From Escherichia coli (lineage in GTDB: Bacteria > Pseudomonadota > Gammaproteobacteria > Enterobacterales > Enterobacteriaceae), in the NCBI RefSeq assembly GCF_045037415.1, contig NZ_CP173438.1: a stretch of 64,000 nucleotides of DNA, one strand, 5' to 3'. Made by a program: the position numbers and the translations under genes. The notes beneath the pieces are model-generated. The model was given only the letters and a program-made list of their open reading frames with translations, ran no database searches and was not told the DNA's origin. This document shows positions 49,869 to 60,953 of the stretch, piece by piece (the stretch's first letter is position 1; the number at the start of each line of letters is the position of its first letter).

Positions 49869-50726
49869 TTACGTCGGTGCACCTTCCGCCAGCCACTGGC
49901 ATACCTCGCTAAGCCGCTGCGCAGAGTCGACCAAATCTTCTGGCGCTGCCAGCACCACTTCCGGTATTGGGCAGATTTCATAACTTTCCAGTAACGGGCC
50001 TTTTAAGGTGTCCGTACAGCGTAAATGCCAGACATGGCGTAACCCCGTGGCGTTGATATAGCTCTCGCCATAGCCAATGGTACGAATCTGAATATTTCCC
50101 GGCCCACAGAGACGTGAGAGAAAAAGCCGGTCAGCTTCGCTGATGGGTAATTGCGTCAGATTAATGCTGTGCGGCTGTGCGTCGGGGTTACGTACATGTG
50201 CCAGTAATTCATGGGCCAACGGTAGGCCATTCATCAGGCCATCAATGGGCGGCGGTAACAGCGAATCTGTCGGCAAGACGTTTTGCGTTGCCGCCTGCCA
50301 CAACGCCAGCGGTGCGCAGCCAGCCTCCAGTTTGTCTTCCAGCAACTGTTCGCCGTGACGTCTGCGTACCCGCCATAATCCGCAGAAGATCGCCTCCTGA
50401 ATTTCACTTTCACTACCATCAGCCTGCTGAATGCGCACTGACACTTCCCCTTCCCCGAGAAGCGTATTGATAAAGTGACGATCGTCGGCGTTGAGATTTA
50501 ACAGATCGACTGCCAGTACCTCGCCCAACGGCGGCTGGCGTTCGCTTAGTTGATGTTGTAACTCGTTTAACAGCGCAATCACCTGCGGGCTGTGAGCACA
50601 TTGCTCCAGGGCCGCCATACTCGGTTCATCATTCACCTGACAGGTGATCGGCAGTGGATTCATGCTGAAACTGTCATCGTTCAGTTGCGTTCCTGGCCCC
50701 AGCAGATGGAAAAAAGTTTCGCTCAT
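49869..50726 (-). CDS. hyaF: Hydrogenase-1 maturation protein HyaF
   Basis: ORF 49869..50786; start set at ATG 50724-50726 ([12 protein letters not shown]…) overlapping hyaE stop. Confidence 0.9.
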   Translation of the reverse strand: MSETFFHLLGPGTQLNDDSFSMNPLPITCQVNDEPSMAALEQCAHSPQVIALLNELQHQLSERQPPLGEVLAVDLLNLNADDRHFINTLLGEGEVSVRIQQADGSESEIQEAIFCGLWRVRRRHGEQLLEDKLEAGCAPLALWQAATQNVLPTDSLLPPPIDGLMNGLPLAHELLAHVRNPDAQPHSINLTQLPISEADRLFLSRLCGPGNIQIRTIGYGESYINATGLRHVWHLRCTDTLKGPLLESYEICPIPEVVLAAPEDLVDSAQRLSEVCQWLAEGAPT

Positions 50727-51121
50727 GAGGCACGCTCCTGCTGCGGTTCGACAAGTCCGCGCATCAGGTTTATCAGTTCCGCCCACGGGTGAATACCATT
50801 CAGCACGCCGCGATAGTTTCCGCAGGTAAATACTAATGTGGCGGGAAAGCGAAAGACGCCAAAGCGATCGCCGATGGCTTCGCTCTGCTCAAGGTCAGCA
50901 ATCGCTACCTGCCATGTATAATCGGGAAACTCGCGCAATAATTCGCCAATCATTACCGGATTATCGCTGACCTCTGGCGTGCGTTTCGGATCGCTGCTTA
51001 ATAACACCACGCCGTCTGGCGCTTGCGTAAGCCAGTCGTCAAGACGGGATTCACTGATCGGCGTCCAGCCGCGCGCCAGCATTCGTTGCCACAACGCATC
51101 AAATGGCGTGTCGTTGCTCAT
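50723..51121 (-). CDS. hyaE: Hydrogenase-1 chaperone HyaE
   Basis: 132-aa [17 protein letters not shown]…. Confidence 0.9.
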   Translation of the reverse strand: MSNDTPFDALWQRMLARGWTPISESRLDDWLTQAPDGVVLLSSDPKRTPEVSDNPVMIGELLREFPDYTWQVAIADLEQSEAIGDRFGVFRFPATLVFTCGNYRGVLNGIHPWAELINLMRGLVEPQQERAS

Positions 51122-51705
51122 CCCTGCTCCTCCAGTGTCATCCGGTACTGGCGCAAACGAATGCCTTCGTAATTTTCCATCGACAGACAGTCATAATTGA
51201 GACAGCGCGATTCATTAGCCGGTTGCGGCACAATTCCCCACGCAGCCAGCTGCGCCAGCGCCGCCTGTTCCGCGGCGGGCAGTTGCTCCCGCGCCAGTTC
51301 GCTCAGGCTGCCGCCGTAGTCGTCGAGCATTGCGGGTTGCAGACCGACGAGGGCAATATGTGCTGGCAGATGTCCGCGGATATCTGCCAGCGCCAGCACT
51401 TCGGAGAAACTGTTCTGGTGCAGGCTCATTTTCTTCGCGCTGAGATAAGCCGGAATGCGTTCTCCGGCATACGTTCGTAGCGTTCCGGGTTCCAGCCCGT
51501 AATCAATGGCATCGAGAATCAACAGATGACTGGCGCTTTCGACATACCCCAGCAAGTTCAGTCCTTGGGTGCCGCCATCGACAATCTCCACATCCTCGGG
51601 CCAGTGGTAATGGGCATACAGCCGTTCCGCCACCCGCACGCCGAAGCCTTCATCGGCCCACAGCAGGTTGCCCAGCCCCATTACCACCACGCGTTGCTCG
51701 CTCAT
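51118..51705 (-). CDS. hyaD: Hydrogenase-1 maturation endopeptidase HyaD
   Basis: 195-aa [25 protein letters not shown]…. Confidence 0.9.
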   Translation of the reverse strand: MSEQRVVVMGLGNLLWADEGFGVRVAERLYAHYHWPEDVEIVDGGTQGLNLLGYVESASHLLILDAIDYGLEPGTLRTYAGERIPAYLSAKKMSLHQNSFSEVLALADIRGHLPAHIALVGLQPAMLDDYGGSLSELAREQLPAAEQAALAQLAAWGIVPQPANESRCLNYDCLSMENYEGIRLRQYRMTLEEQG

Positions 51706-52409
51706 GAACGCTCCTTGTTACTTATTTTGCCAAATTTGTGGCTACGGTAGCCGTTGACCATAGTGGAGATCACCGTGTCGTCGGACATGATGTCTTCACG
51801 CAGCGCCATGTAGACATGGCCGATCACAAATGCGCCAATCAGCCACATCCCCAGCCGATGCCAGCTGTGAATGTCCATTGAGTTGCCGCCCGTCCAGTAG
51901 AAAAATTCCACCACATAACGGAACGGCGCAAAAATAGCGTACTGGCTGTGTTCGCTGTACAGCGCAAAGCCGGTGATGATCATAAAAACTGACATCAGGA
52001 AATAGCCGAACATCGCCGCCTGGGCGATGGGGTTATGGCCTATATCGGCACTCGGACGTTTTGCCAGAAACAGATACCAGCGGATTTCATACCACACGCC
52101 CTGCCACCAGCTTTTACGCCATACCGGCACGATAAACAGCTCGCGGGAGTAACGATTGCCAACAAAAGCCCAGTAGATCCGCATCAGCAAAACCACGGTA
52201 AAAATCATCCCGGCGCTGAAGTGAATTAACCTGATGTAGCCCATATAGAACAGATATGTCGCCTCGCCGCTGACGGAAGGTAGCGGCTTGCCGATAAAGT
52301 AACCGGTGACCATCAACACCGCCATGCATAACACTGTCAGCCAGTGCCATATCCGCACGGGTGCTTCAAAGACATAGTGACTGACAACGTTGTCGCTTTT
52401 CTGTTGCAT
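51702..52409 (-). CDS. hyaC: Hydrogenase-1 cytochrome b subunit HyaC
   Basis: 235-aa multi-TM ORF. Confidence 0.9.
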   Translation of the reverse strand: MQQKSDNVVSHYVFEAPVRIWHWLTVLCMAVLMVTGYFIGKPLPSVSGEATYLFYMGYIRLIHFSAGMIFTVVLLMRIYWAFVGNRYSRELFIVPVWRKSWWQGVWYEIRWYLFLAKRPSADIGHNPIAQAAMFGYFLMSVFMIITGFALYSEHSQYAIFAPFRYVVEFFYWTGGNSMDIHSWHRLGMWLIGAFVIGHVYMALREDIMSDDTVISTMVNGYRSHKFGKISNKERS

Positions 52410-52427
52410 GATGATTCTCCTTCGCTG

Positions 52428-54221
52428 TTAACGCACCTGCACGGAGATAAGCTCGCTACCGTCGTCGCCCAGCACGTGTGTTGAACAGGCGAGGCACGGG
52501 TCAAAGCTGTGCAGAGTACGCAGGATCTCCAGCGGTTGCTCGGGGATCGCCATTTTGGTGTTCATCAGCGCCGCTTCATAAGCGCCAATCTGCCCTTTGG
52601 GATCGCGCGGGCTGGCGTTCCAGGTGGTCGGCACCACGCACTGATAGAGATCAATCTTGCCATCGCGAATGGCAGCCCAGTGGCCTAACGCCCCGCGCGG
52701 CGCTTCGGTAAAACCGACACCACGGCACTCTGTCGGCCAGGTTGCTGGTTCCCATTTTTCCGTGGAAGCGGTGGCAAGATTGCCGTTTTTCAGGTTGGTC
52801 ATCAGTTTATCGAAGAAATACTGCAACTTACCTGCGGCCCACTGCGCTTCGTGCGCGCGACACAAAATGCGGCCCAACGTTGACTGGATGCCGGAAAGCG
52901 GCAGTTTCAACGCCGACATCATACGATCGACCGACTCAACGGTCGCAGCATCGCCTTTGTGATAAGCGATTAACGTGCGTGCCAGCGGCCCCACTTCCAT
53001 CGCGTTACCGCGCCAGCGTGGCGCTTTGATCCACGAGTAGCGTTCCTGTTCATTCAGCTGCTGAATGTTGGTATCGCTGCCTTTGACATCGCCGGGGTTG
53101 TACCACGGGTCGGTAATGCCATCGAACGGATGACGCCCAACCTGATCGTTGGGATAACGATACCAGGCATGGTCAACAAACTCCTGCACCTGCTGCGGAT
53201 CAACTAAATCCACTGGCAGTACATTGTTGAAGTCGCCGTTAATCACCGCGCCGCCAGGCATCAGCAGACTTTTCTCGCCAAAGTCGTTGGCGATATCAGG
53301 GAACGCGCCGTAACTGAGGACGCATTTATCAGAAAGCCCCGTGCCGATTTCGCTCCACGGTTTGTTGAACTGACCGATGGCTAAGGCGTCGGGGATCATC
53401 ACGTTGTTAATGAAATCCGCCGTGCGGGTGATAATCAACTGCACCAGGTTCAGGCGTTCCATATTGACTGCCCCGACCGCGCCGCTTTCGTCAATGTTAA
53501 TGGCGCAAGGCATCCCACCGACAATCCAGTTTGGATGCGGGTTTTTACCGCCAAAGACCGCGTGGATTTTGACAATTTCACGCTGGAAATCGAGAGCTTC
53601 GAGATAGTGGGCAAAGCCCATCAGGTTGGCTTCTGGCGGCAGTTTGTACTGCGGGTGCCCCCAGTAGCCATTGCGGAAGATCCCCAACTGGCCGCCTTCA
53701 ACGAATTTCTTCAGGCGGTTTTGTACGTCGAAGAAATAGCCAGGGGATGATTTCGGCCATGAGGAGAGGCTTTGCGCCAGTTCGGAGGTTTTCCGCGGGT
53801 CGGCTTTCAGCGCATCTAACACATCGATCCAATCCATCCCGGCAAGCTGATAGAAGTGCACCAGATGATCGTGGCACCAGAGCGTTGCCAGCATAATGTT
53901 GCGGATGATATTGGCGTTGTCCGGCACTTTAATACCGATGGCATCTTCGATGGCGTAAACCGAAGCCAGGGCGTGTACGCCAGTACAGACGCCGCAGATA
54001 CGTTCAACGAACGCCCACGCATCGCGCGGGTCACGCCCTTGCAGAATGATCTCCAGCCCGCGAAACATGGTGCCGCAGGAGACGGCATTGGTGATCACAT
54101 TCTGATCGTTAATATTCACTTCGCAGCGCATGTGGCCTTCAATGCGCGTAATCGGGTCGACCACCAGGCGGCGTCCGGCATTGTTGATGGTGTATCCCTG
54201 AGTTTCGTACTGAGTGCTCAT
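52428..54221 (-). CDS. hyaB: [NiFe] hydrogenase-1 large subunit HyaB
   Basis: 597-aa ORF with N-terminal RxCGxC motif ([10 protein letters not shown]) and C-terminal DPCLACSTH. Confidence 0.95.
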   Translation of the reverse strand: MSTQYETQGYTINNAGRRLVVDPITRIEGHMRCEVNINDQNVITNAVSCGTMFRGLEIILQGRDPRDAWAFVERICGVCTGVHALASVYAIEDAIGIKVPDNANIIRNIMLATLWCHDHLVHFYQLAGMDWIDVLDALKADPRKTSELAQSLSSWPKSSPGYFFDVQNRLKKFVEGGQLGIFRNGYWGHPQYKLPPEANLMGFAHYLEALDFQREIVKIHAVFGGKNPHPNWIVGGMPCAINIDESGAVGAVNMERLNLVQLIITRTADFINNVMIPDALAIGQFNKPWSEIGTGLSDKCVLSYGAFPDIANDFGEKSLLMPGGAVINGDFNNVLPVDLVDPQQVQEFVDHAWYRYPNDQVGRHPFDGITDPWYNPGDVKGSDTNIQQLNEQERYSWIKAPRWRGNAMEVGPLARTLIAYHKGDAATVESVDRMMSALKLPLSGIQSTLGRILCRAHEAQWAAGKLQYFFDKLMTNLKNGNLATASTEKWEPATWPTECRGVGFTEAPRGALGHWAAIRDGKIDLYQCVVPTTWNASPRDPKGQIGAYEAALMNTKMAIPEQPLEILRTLHSFDPCLACSTHVLGDDGSELISVQVR

Positions 54222-55336
54222 GCCTGTTTATCCTCATTGCCTGGCTGATGTTCGGTTTCTGTAGGTTGCTGGTTATGACGTCTGCGCTGGTCAACGGCGC
54301 TGGCGACTGCGTGCACACCAACAGCCGCTGCCACCACGCCAAGCGCGGTTAAACCGACGGTGTCGGCGGTGGAATGGGTACCCATTTGTGGAATATCGAC
54401 CACGCGGCTGTAGAACGAACCGCGATCCCAGAAACCATTTTCCGCACAACCCAGGCAGCCGTGACCTGACTGGATCGGGAAGGAAACGCCATCGTTCCAG
54501 CGTGTGGAGGAACAGGCGTTATAGGTGGTAGGCCCTTTGCAGCCCATTTTGTACAGGCAGTAACCTTTGCGGGCAGCGTCATCATCCCAACTCTGGACGA
54601 ACTCTCCGGCGTCGAAGTGAGCGCGGCGATAGCATTTATCGTGGATACGCTGACCATAAAACATCAGTGGACGGCCCATTCTGTCGACATCCGGCAGACG
54701 ATCAAACGTCACCATGTAAGTAATGATGGCGCTCATCACATCCGGGATCGGCGGGCAGCCAGGTACTTTGATAATGGGTTTGTCGGTGATGACTTTGTCG
54801 ATAGGCGTTGCCTGCGTCGGATTAGGTCGCGCGGCCTGAACGCAGCCCCAGGACGCGCAGGTTCCCCAGGCGATAATCGCACTGGCTCCAGCGGCGGCAC
54901 GCTTGAGTTTCTCAATAAACGGTCGTCCGCTGCTGATACAGAACATCCCCTGCTCGCCCAGCGGCGGATTACCTTCTACTGCGAGGATATATTTGCCATT
55001 GTATTGCGCGATGATGTCTTCAAAGACTTCTTCCGCCTGGGTTCCGGCGGCAGCCATCAAAGTATCGTCGTAATCGAGGGAAATCAGGGAAAGGATGACG
55101 TCCTTCGCCAGTGGGTGAGCGGAGCGGATAAAAGATTCGGTACAGCAGGTGCATTCCAGGCCGTGGATCCATACCACCGGAATGCGCGGTTTATTCTCCA
55201 GCGCCCAGGCAATCTTTGGTGCCATTCCCGCGCCTAATCCCAGCGACGTGGCAGCCAGACTACAATATTTGAGAAAGCTGCGCCGGGTAACGCCCTGACG
55301 CCGCATGGCCTGGTAAAATGTTTCCTCGTTATTCAT
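54218..55336 (-). CDS. hyaA: [NiFe] hydrogenase-1 small subunit HyaA (Tat signal)
   Basis: ORF 54218..55417; start set at ATG 55334-55336 ([24 protein letters not shown]…), 372 aa. Confidence 0.9.
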   Translation of the reverse strand: MNNEETFYQAMRRQGVTRRSFLKYCSLAATSLGLGAGMAPKIAWALENKPRIPVVWIHGLECTCCTESFIRSAHPLAKDVILSLISLDYDDTLMAAAGTQAEEVFEDIIAQYNGKYILAVEGNPPLGEQGMFCISSGRPFIEKLKRAAAGASAIIAWGTCASWGCVQAARPNPTQATPIDKVITDKPIIKVPGCPPIPDVMSAIITYMVTFDRLPDVDRMGRPLMFYGQRIHDKCYRRAHFDAGEFVQSWDDDAARKGYCLYKMGCKGPTTYNACSSTRWNDGVSFPIQSGHGCLGCAENGFWDRGSFYSRVVDIPQMGTHSTADTVGLTALGVVAAAVGVHAVASAVDQRRRHNQQPTETEHQPGNEDKQA

Positions 55337-55763
55337 ATCGCACGTCTCTTCTCCTTGCGACACCGGCAGAACACCGGGCGCACATGGTCGGCAAGCGACG
55401 TCCCTGTAGCAAGGCAAACCATCGCTTCACGTGAGATGCTGAAAACGAAAGCTCATCCTTCTGCACTGGCGCACGTCGCCAGAAAGTATTGTTAATAAAG
55501 CGTAGTGAAACTTTTGCACAAAACAATACAAACTGTGTGGATTTATCTTTTAGCGATAAAAATGGACCTATTTTTCTTTTTGCCGGGTGGTGGGGATGTT
55601 TAGCCGGTTGCTAAACGAGTAAATAGAGAAGGAATTCATGGTGATGAAATGATCAATCTGCTGTTGTTTCACGCTATCAATGCACTTTTGGCTATTTTTC
55701 AGGCAAACAAACAAATTAGGGGTTTACACGCCGCATCGGGATGTTTATAGTGCGCGTCATTCC

Positions 55764-55851
55764 GGAAGTGTGGCCGAGCGGTTGAAGGCACCGGTCTTGA
55801 AAACCGGCGACCCGAAAGGGTTCCAGAGTTCGAATCTCTGCGCTTCCGCCA
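55764..55851 (+). tRNA. serT: tRNA-Ser (UGA anticodon), serT-type
   Basis: 88-nt GGAAGTGTGGCCGAGCGGTTGAAGG…GGTTCCAGAGTTCGAATCTCTGCGCTTCCGCCA; anticodon loop CTTGAAA; -10 TATAGT with GC-rich discriminator just upstream. Confidence 0.95.
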
Positions 55852-55859
55852 AATAAGAT

Positions 55860-55895
55860 AAGGGGTTAGCTAAATGCTAACCCCTTTTTCTTTTG
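55860..55895 (+). terminator. serT rho-independent terminator
   Basis: Stem aaggggttagc/gctaacccctt followed by TTTTTCTTTT. Confidence 0.8.
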
Positions 55896-56059
55896 CCTGT
55901 CGAAATTCTCAGGGCGTTATATCACTGCCTAATGACCTGATAATCCGCTGTTAAACCTGTTCCAGATCAAATGCGTAAAGATGGGTAAAACTTCTGGGTG
56001 CCCTTACGCATTATCATTATGCTGCTTAATTAATTACATCTGTCATAGAGAGTGACTCA

Positions 56060-56719
56060 ATGGATCGTATAGTTAGTTCTTCACATGACCGTACATCGCT
56101 GCTTAGCACCCATAAGGTGCTGCGTAATACCTATTTTCTGCTGAGCCTGACGCTGGCCTTTTCGGCGATTACCGCAACTGCCAGTACGGTGCTGATGCTG
56201 CCATCTCCGGGTCTGATTCTGACGCTGGTGGGTATGTATGGTTTGATGTTCCTGACCTACAAAACGGCGAATAAGCCGACCGGGATTATCTCCGCATTCG
56301 CCTTTACCGGTTTTCTGGGTTATATCCTCGGACCAATTCTGAACACCTATCTGTCTGCCGGAATGGGTGACGTAATCGCTATGGCACTGGGCGGAACGGC
56401 GTTAGTGTTCTTCTGCTGCTCTGCGTATGTGCTGACCACCCGCAAAGATATGTCTTTCCTCGGCGGTATGCTGATGGCGGGTATTGTGGTGGTGCTGATT
56501 GGTATGGTTGCTAATATCTTCCTGCAACTGCCTGCTCTGCATCTGGCGATCAGCGCGGTCTTCATTCTGATCTCCTCTGGCGCTATCTTGTTTGAAACCA
56601 GCAACATCATTCATGGCGGTGAAACGAACTATATTCGTGCCACGGTTAGCCTGTATGTTTCGCTGTACAACATCTTCGTCAGCCTGCTGAGCATTCTGGG
56701 CTTCGCCAGCCGCGATTAA
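56060..56719 (+). CDS. yccA: BAX-inhibitor-1 family membrane protein YccA
   Basis: 219-aa seven-[20 protein letters not shown]…. Confidence 0.9.
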   Translation: MDRIVSSSHDRTSLLSTHKVLRNTYFLLSLTLAFSAITATASTVLMLPSPGLILTLVGMYGLMFLTYKTANKPTGIISAFAFTGFLGYILGPILNTYLSAGMGDVIAMALGGTALVFFCCSAYVLTTRKDMSFLGGMLMAGIVVVLIGMVANIFLQLPALHLAISAVFILISSGAILFETSNIIHGGETNYIRATVSLYVSLYNIFVSLLSILGFASRD

Positions 56720-56741
56720 TCTCGCCCAGGGTTACTTACCG

Positions 56742-56771
56742 AGCCTCGCTTTATGCGGGGCTTTGTTTTTT
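56742..56771 (+). terminator. yccA rho-independent terminator
   Basis: Stem agcctcgc/gcggggct (one G-U pair) followed by TTTGTTTTTT. Confidence 0.65.
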
Positions 56772-56810
56772 GTTACACTGCCGCCAGTCTGATTAAGGTA
56801 GTAAAGAATT

Positions 56811-57140
56811 ATGCTGATCTTCGAAGGTAAAGAGATAGAAACGGATACCGAAGGCTATCTCAAAGAAAGCAGCCAGTGGAGTGAGCCGCTGGCGGTGGTG
56901 ATTGCAGAAAACGAAGGGATTACTCTGTCGCCAGAACACTGGGAAGTGGTGCGTTTTGTGCGTGATTTCTATCTGGAATTCAATACTTCTCCGGCGATTC
57001 GTATGCTGGTAAAAGCGATGGCGAATAAATTTGGCGAAGAGAAAGGCAATAGCCGCTATCTGTACCGACTGTTCCCGAAAGGTCCGGCAAAGCAAGCCAC
57101 CAAAATTGCTGGCCTGCCTAAACCGGTAAAATGCATTTAA
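56811..57140 (+). CDS. tusE: Sulfur-relay protein TusE (DsrC-like)
   Basis: 109-aa [22 protein letters not shown]…. Confidence 0.9.
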   Translation: MLIFEGKEIETDTEGYLKESSQWSEPLAVVIAENEGITLSPEHWEVVRFVRDFYLEFNTSPAIRMLVKAMANKFGEEKGNSRYLYRLFPKGPAKQATKIAGLPKPVKCI

Positions 57141-57415
57141 CGGATACGAAAATCCGTTAACTCCCCGGAGGGATGATGCGGCTCGCTGAGCACCCGTTCC
57201 ACACGCGCAGAACGCGGGCCGCCACTTTTTAACCACTGCATTAATTTTTCCACCTGCCCTTCTTCACCGCAGGCAACCACTTCCACGCTGCCATCGTCAA
57301 GATTTTTGGCGTACCCGGTTAGTCCCAGTTTTTTCGCTTCGTACTGCGTGGTGTAGCGGAATCCTACGCCCTGAACTCGCCCGTAAACCCAGGCAATTAT
57401 GCAGACTTTCGACAT
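57137..57415 (-). CDS. yccX: Acylphosphatase YccX
   Basis: ORF 57137..57628; start set at ATG 57413-57415 ([20 protein letters not shown]…), 92 aa; stop overlaps tusE stop by 4 bp. Confidence 0.85.
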   Translation of the reverse strand: MSKVCIIAWVYGRVQGVGFRYTTQYEAKKLGLTGYAKNLDDGSVEVVACGEEGQVEKLMQWLKSGGPRSARVERVLSEPHHPSGELTDFRIR

Positions 57416-57509
57416 TGCTGCTCTCCTTATCCTTAATGGACGCGTTGCAAATCCATGGAAAACTCCGGACAATGACGCCCATTTCTTTGCATCGACAGAA
57501 AAGTAAATT

Positions 57510-58700
57510 ATGAGTGTACGTTTAGTGTTAGCCAAAGGGCGCGAAAAATCATTACTTCGTCGCCATCCGTGGGTCTTTTCCGGGGCCGTTGCCCGCATGG
57601 AAGGTAAAGCCAGCCTCGGTGAAACCATCGATATTGTTGATCATCAGGGAAAATGGTTAGCACGCGGCGCTTATTCGCCAGCTTCGCAAATCCGGGCGCG
57701 CGTCTGGACGTTTGACCCGTCTGAGTCTATCGACATTGCTTTTTTTACCCGCCGTTTGCAGCAAGCACAAAAATGGCGTGACTGGCTGGCGCAAAAAGAT
57801 GGCCTCGACAGCTATCGTTTAATCGCCGGTGAATCTGATGGCCTGCCGGGTATTACTATCGATCGTTTCGGTAATTTTCTGGTGCTGCAATTGCTGAGTG
57901 CTGGCGCAGAGTATCAGCGCGCGGCATTAATTAGCGCCCTGCAAACGTTGTACCCGGAATGTGCCATTTACGATCGCAGCGACGTCGCGGTACGTAAAAA
58001 AGAAGGGATGGAGCTGACTCAGGGCCCCATCACCGGCGAGTTGCCGCCTGCCCTGCTGCCGATTGAAGAACACGGCATGAAACTGCTGGTGGATATTCAG
58101 CACGGGCACAAAACGGGCTACTACCTGGACCAGCGTGACAGCCGCCTGGCTACCCGCCGCTACGTCGAAAATAAACGCGTACTTAACTGTTTCTCCTATA
58201 CCGGTGGTTTCGCCGTATCGGCATTGATGGGCGGTTGCAGCCAGGTTGTCAGCGTTGATACCTCCCAGGAAGCGCTGGATATTGCACGGCAGAACGTTGA
58301 GCTGAACAAACTGGATCTGAGCAAGGCAGAGTTTGTCCGTGATGATGTCTTTAAATTGCTGCGTACTTATCGCGATCGCGGTGAAAAATTTGATGTTATC
58401 GTGATGGACCCGCCGAAGTTTGTTGAGAATAAAAGCCAGTTGATGGGCGCGTGCCGTGGCTATAAAGACATCAACATGCTGGCGATTCAGTTGCTGAATG
58501 AAGGCGGTGTTCTCCTGACTTTCTCCTGTTCCGGTCTGATGACCAGCGATTTATTTCAGAAAATCATCGCGGATGCCGCAATTGATGCCGGTCGTGATGT
58601 ACAATTTATAGAGCAGTTCCGTCAGGCCGCCGATCATCCGGTGATCGCTACCTACCCGGAAGGGCTATATCTGAAAGGGTTTGCCTGTCGCGTCATGTAA
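57510..58700 (+). CDS. rlmI: 23S rRNA m5C1962 methyltransferase RlmI
   Basis: 396-aa [26 protein letters not shown]… with PUA and SAM-methyltransferase regions. Confidence 0.9.
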   Translation: MSVRLVLAKGREKSLLRRHPWVFSGAVARMEGKASLGETIDIVDHQGKWLARGAYSPASQIRARVWTFDPSESIDIAFFTRRLQQAQKWRDWLAQKDGLDSYRLIAGESDGLPGITIDRFGNFLVLQLLSAGAEYQRAALISALQTLYPECAIYDRSDVAVRKKEGMELTQGPITGELPPALLPIEEHGMKLLVDIQHGHKTGYYLDQRDSRLATRRYVENKRVLNCFSYTGGFAVSALMGGCSQVVSVDTSQEALDIARQNVELNKLDLSKAEFVRDDVFKLLRTYRDRGEKFDVIVMDPPKFVENKSQLMGACRGYKDINMLAIQLLNEGGVLLTFSCSGLMTSDLFQKIIADAAIDAGRDVQFIEQFRQAADHPVIATYPEGLYLKGFACRVM

Positions 58701-59075
<375 letters not shown>

Positions 59076-59088
59076 TTCTCATAAACAT

Positions 59089-59126
59089 ACCCGGAAGGTT
59101 TTCGCCTTCCGGGTATTTTTTATTTT
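59089..59126 (+). terminator. hspQ rho-independent terminator; T-run overlaps yccU stop
   Basis: Stem acccggaagg/ccttccgggt followed by ATTTTTTATTTT. Confidence 0.75.
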
Positions 59127-59533
59127 GCCAGGCCCAGGCGAGGGATCTCAATAGCCGGGCAGCGATCCATCACCACATTTAACCCGGCATCCCGTGCCAG
59201 TACTGCCGCTTGCTCATTAATCACCCCCAGTTGCATCCAGAGGGTTTTCGCGCCAATGGCGATAGCTTCCTGCGCCACGCCCCACGCCGCTTCTGAATTA
59301 CGGAAAACATCGACCATATCGACTTTTTCCGGAACGTCTGCCAGCGTGCCATACCCCTGCTGGCCCAGCAGTGTTTTGCCGGCAACTTTTGGCGAAACAG
59401 GAATGACGTGATACCCCTGGTCGAGTAGATATTTCATCACGCGATAGCTGGGACGATCGGGTTTGTCGCTTGCCCCCACCAGCGCAATGGTGTGAGTGGA
59501 CGTTAAAATGCCTGCAATATCGGTTTCTTTCAT
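59120..59533 (-). CDS. yccU: CoA-binding-domain protein YccU
   Basis: ORF 59120..59614; start set at ATG 59531-59533 ([12 protein letters not shown]…), 137 aa. Confidence 0.85.
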   Translation of the reverse strand: MKETDIAGILTSTHTIALVGASDKPDRPSYRVMKYLLDQGYHVIPVSPKVAGKTLLGQQGYGTLADVPEKVDMVDVFRNSEAAWGVAQEAIAIGAKTLWMQLGVINEQAAVLARDAGLNVVMDRCPAIEIPRLGLAK

Positions 59534-59705
59534 TATTTCCTCCAGACTGTTTAACAAAGTGTACGACAAAGCCGACATGCCAACCATGCAGCTAATACGA
59601 ATGAATGAGAGCAAAAGCGGGAAATATGTCTATATGTTAGTAAGTATGATTAAAGAAAAATTTTGACACATTATTATTCGGGCGGTCTTTTAACAGGAGC
59701 TATCT

Positions 59706-60368
59706 ATGAAAACCGGCATCGTGACCACCTTGATTGCATTATGTTTGCCGGTATCCGTTTTTGCCACCACGCTGCGGCTTTCTACTGATGTCGATCTTCT
59801 GGTACTCGACGGTAAGAAGGTTTCCAGCTCTCTGCTGCGCGGTGCGGACAGCATTGAACTGGACAATGGACCGCATCAGTTAGTGTTTCGCGTTGAGAAG
59901 ACGATTCATCTTTCCAATAGTGAAGAACGGCTCTATATCTCCCCTCCACTGGTGGTTAGTTTTAATACCCAGCTCATCAACCAGGTCAATTTTCGCCTGC
60001 CTCGCCTGGAGAATGAGCGGGAAGCTAACCATTTTGATGCCGCGCCGCGCCTTGAATTGTTGGATGGCGATGCGACGCCGATTCCGGTAAAGCTGGATAT
60101 TCTCGCCATTACCTCAACGGCAAAAACGATTGATTATGAGGTCGAGGTTGAACGCTATAACAAATCCGCGAAACGCGCTTCACTACCGCAATTTGCCACG
60201 ATGATGGCAGATGACAGTACGCTGCTTTCGGGTGTTTCCGAGCTGGATGCTATTCCACCGCAGTCTCAGGTGCTCACAGAACAACGGCTGAAGTATTGGT
60301 TTAAACTGGCTGACCCACAAACGCGAAATACTTTCCTGCAATGGGCGGAAAAACAACCATCCTCCTGA
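59706..60368 (+). CDS. yccT: Periplasmic protein YccT (DUF2057)
   Basis: 220-aa ORF with signal peptide. Confidence 0.85.
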
Positions 60369-60377
60369 GATTTTTGT

Positions 60378-60396
60378 GCCTGTGCGCAGGCTTTTT
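60378..60396 (+). terminator. yccT terminator
   Basis: Stem gcctg/caggc with 4-nt loop followed by TTTTT. Confidence 0.55.
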
Positions 60397-60463
60397 CAGT
60401 CTTTATCTTGCAGCGATAAGTACTTACAGTAATCTGTAGGAAAGTTAACTACGGATGTACATT

Positions 60464-60922
60464 ATGGAACTGACGACTCGCACTTTACCTTCGCGGAAAC
60501 ATATTGCGCTGGTGGCACACGATCACTGCAAACAAATGCTGATGAGCTGGGTGGAACGGCATCAACCGTTACTGGAACAACACGTACTGTATGCAACAGG
60601 CACTACCGGTAACTTAATTTCCCGCGCGACCGGCATGAACGTCAACGCGATGTTGAGTGGCCCAATGGGGGGTGACCAGCAGGTTGGCGCATTGATCTCA
60701 GAAGGGAAAATTGATGTATTGATTTTCTTCTGGGACCCACTAAATGCCGTGCCGCACGATCCTGACGTGAAAGCCTTGCTGCGTCTGGCAACGGTATGGA
60801 ACATTCCGGTCGCCACCAACGTGGCAACGGCAGACTTCATTATCCAGTCACCGCATTTTAACGACGCGGTCGATATTCTGATCCCCGATTATCAGCGTTA
60901 TCTCGCGGACCGTCTGAAGTAA
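60464..60922 (+). CDS. mgsA: Methylglyoxal synthase MgsA
   Basis: ORF 60455..60922; start set at ATG 60464 ([20 protein letters not shown]…), 152 aa. Confidence 0.9.
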
Positions 60923-60928
60923 TATTGC

Positions 60929-60950
60929 ACAGGTGGCAAACGCCACCTGT
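60929..60950. terminator. Bidirectional terminator between convergent mgsA and helD
   Basis: Perfect 9-bp stem acaggtggc/gccacctgt with AAAC loop, T-rich after on plus strand and AT-rich on minus. Confidence 0.6.
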
Positions 60951-60953
60951 TTC

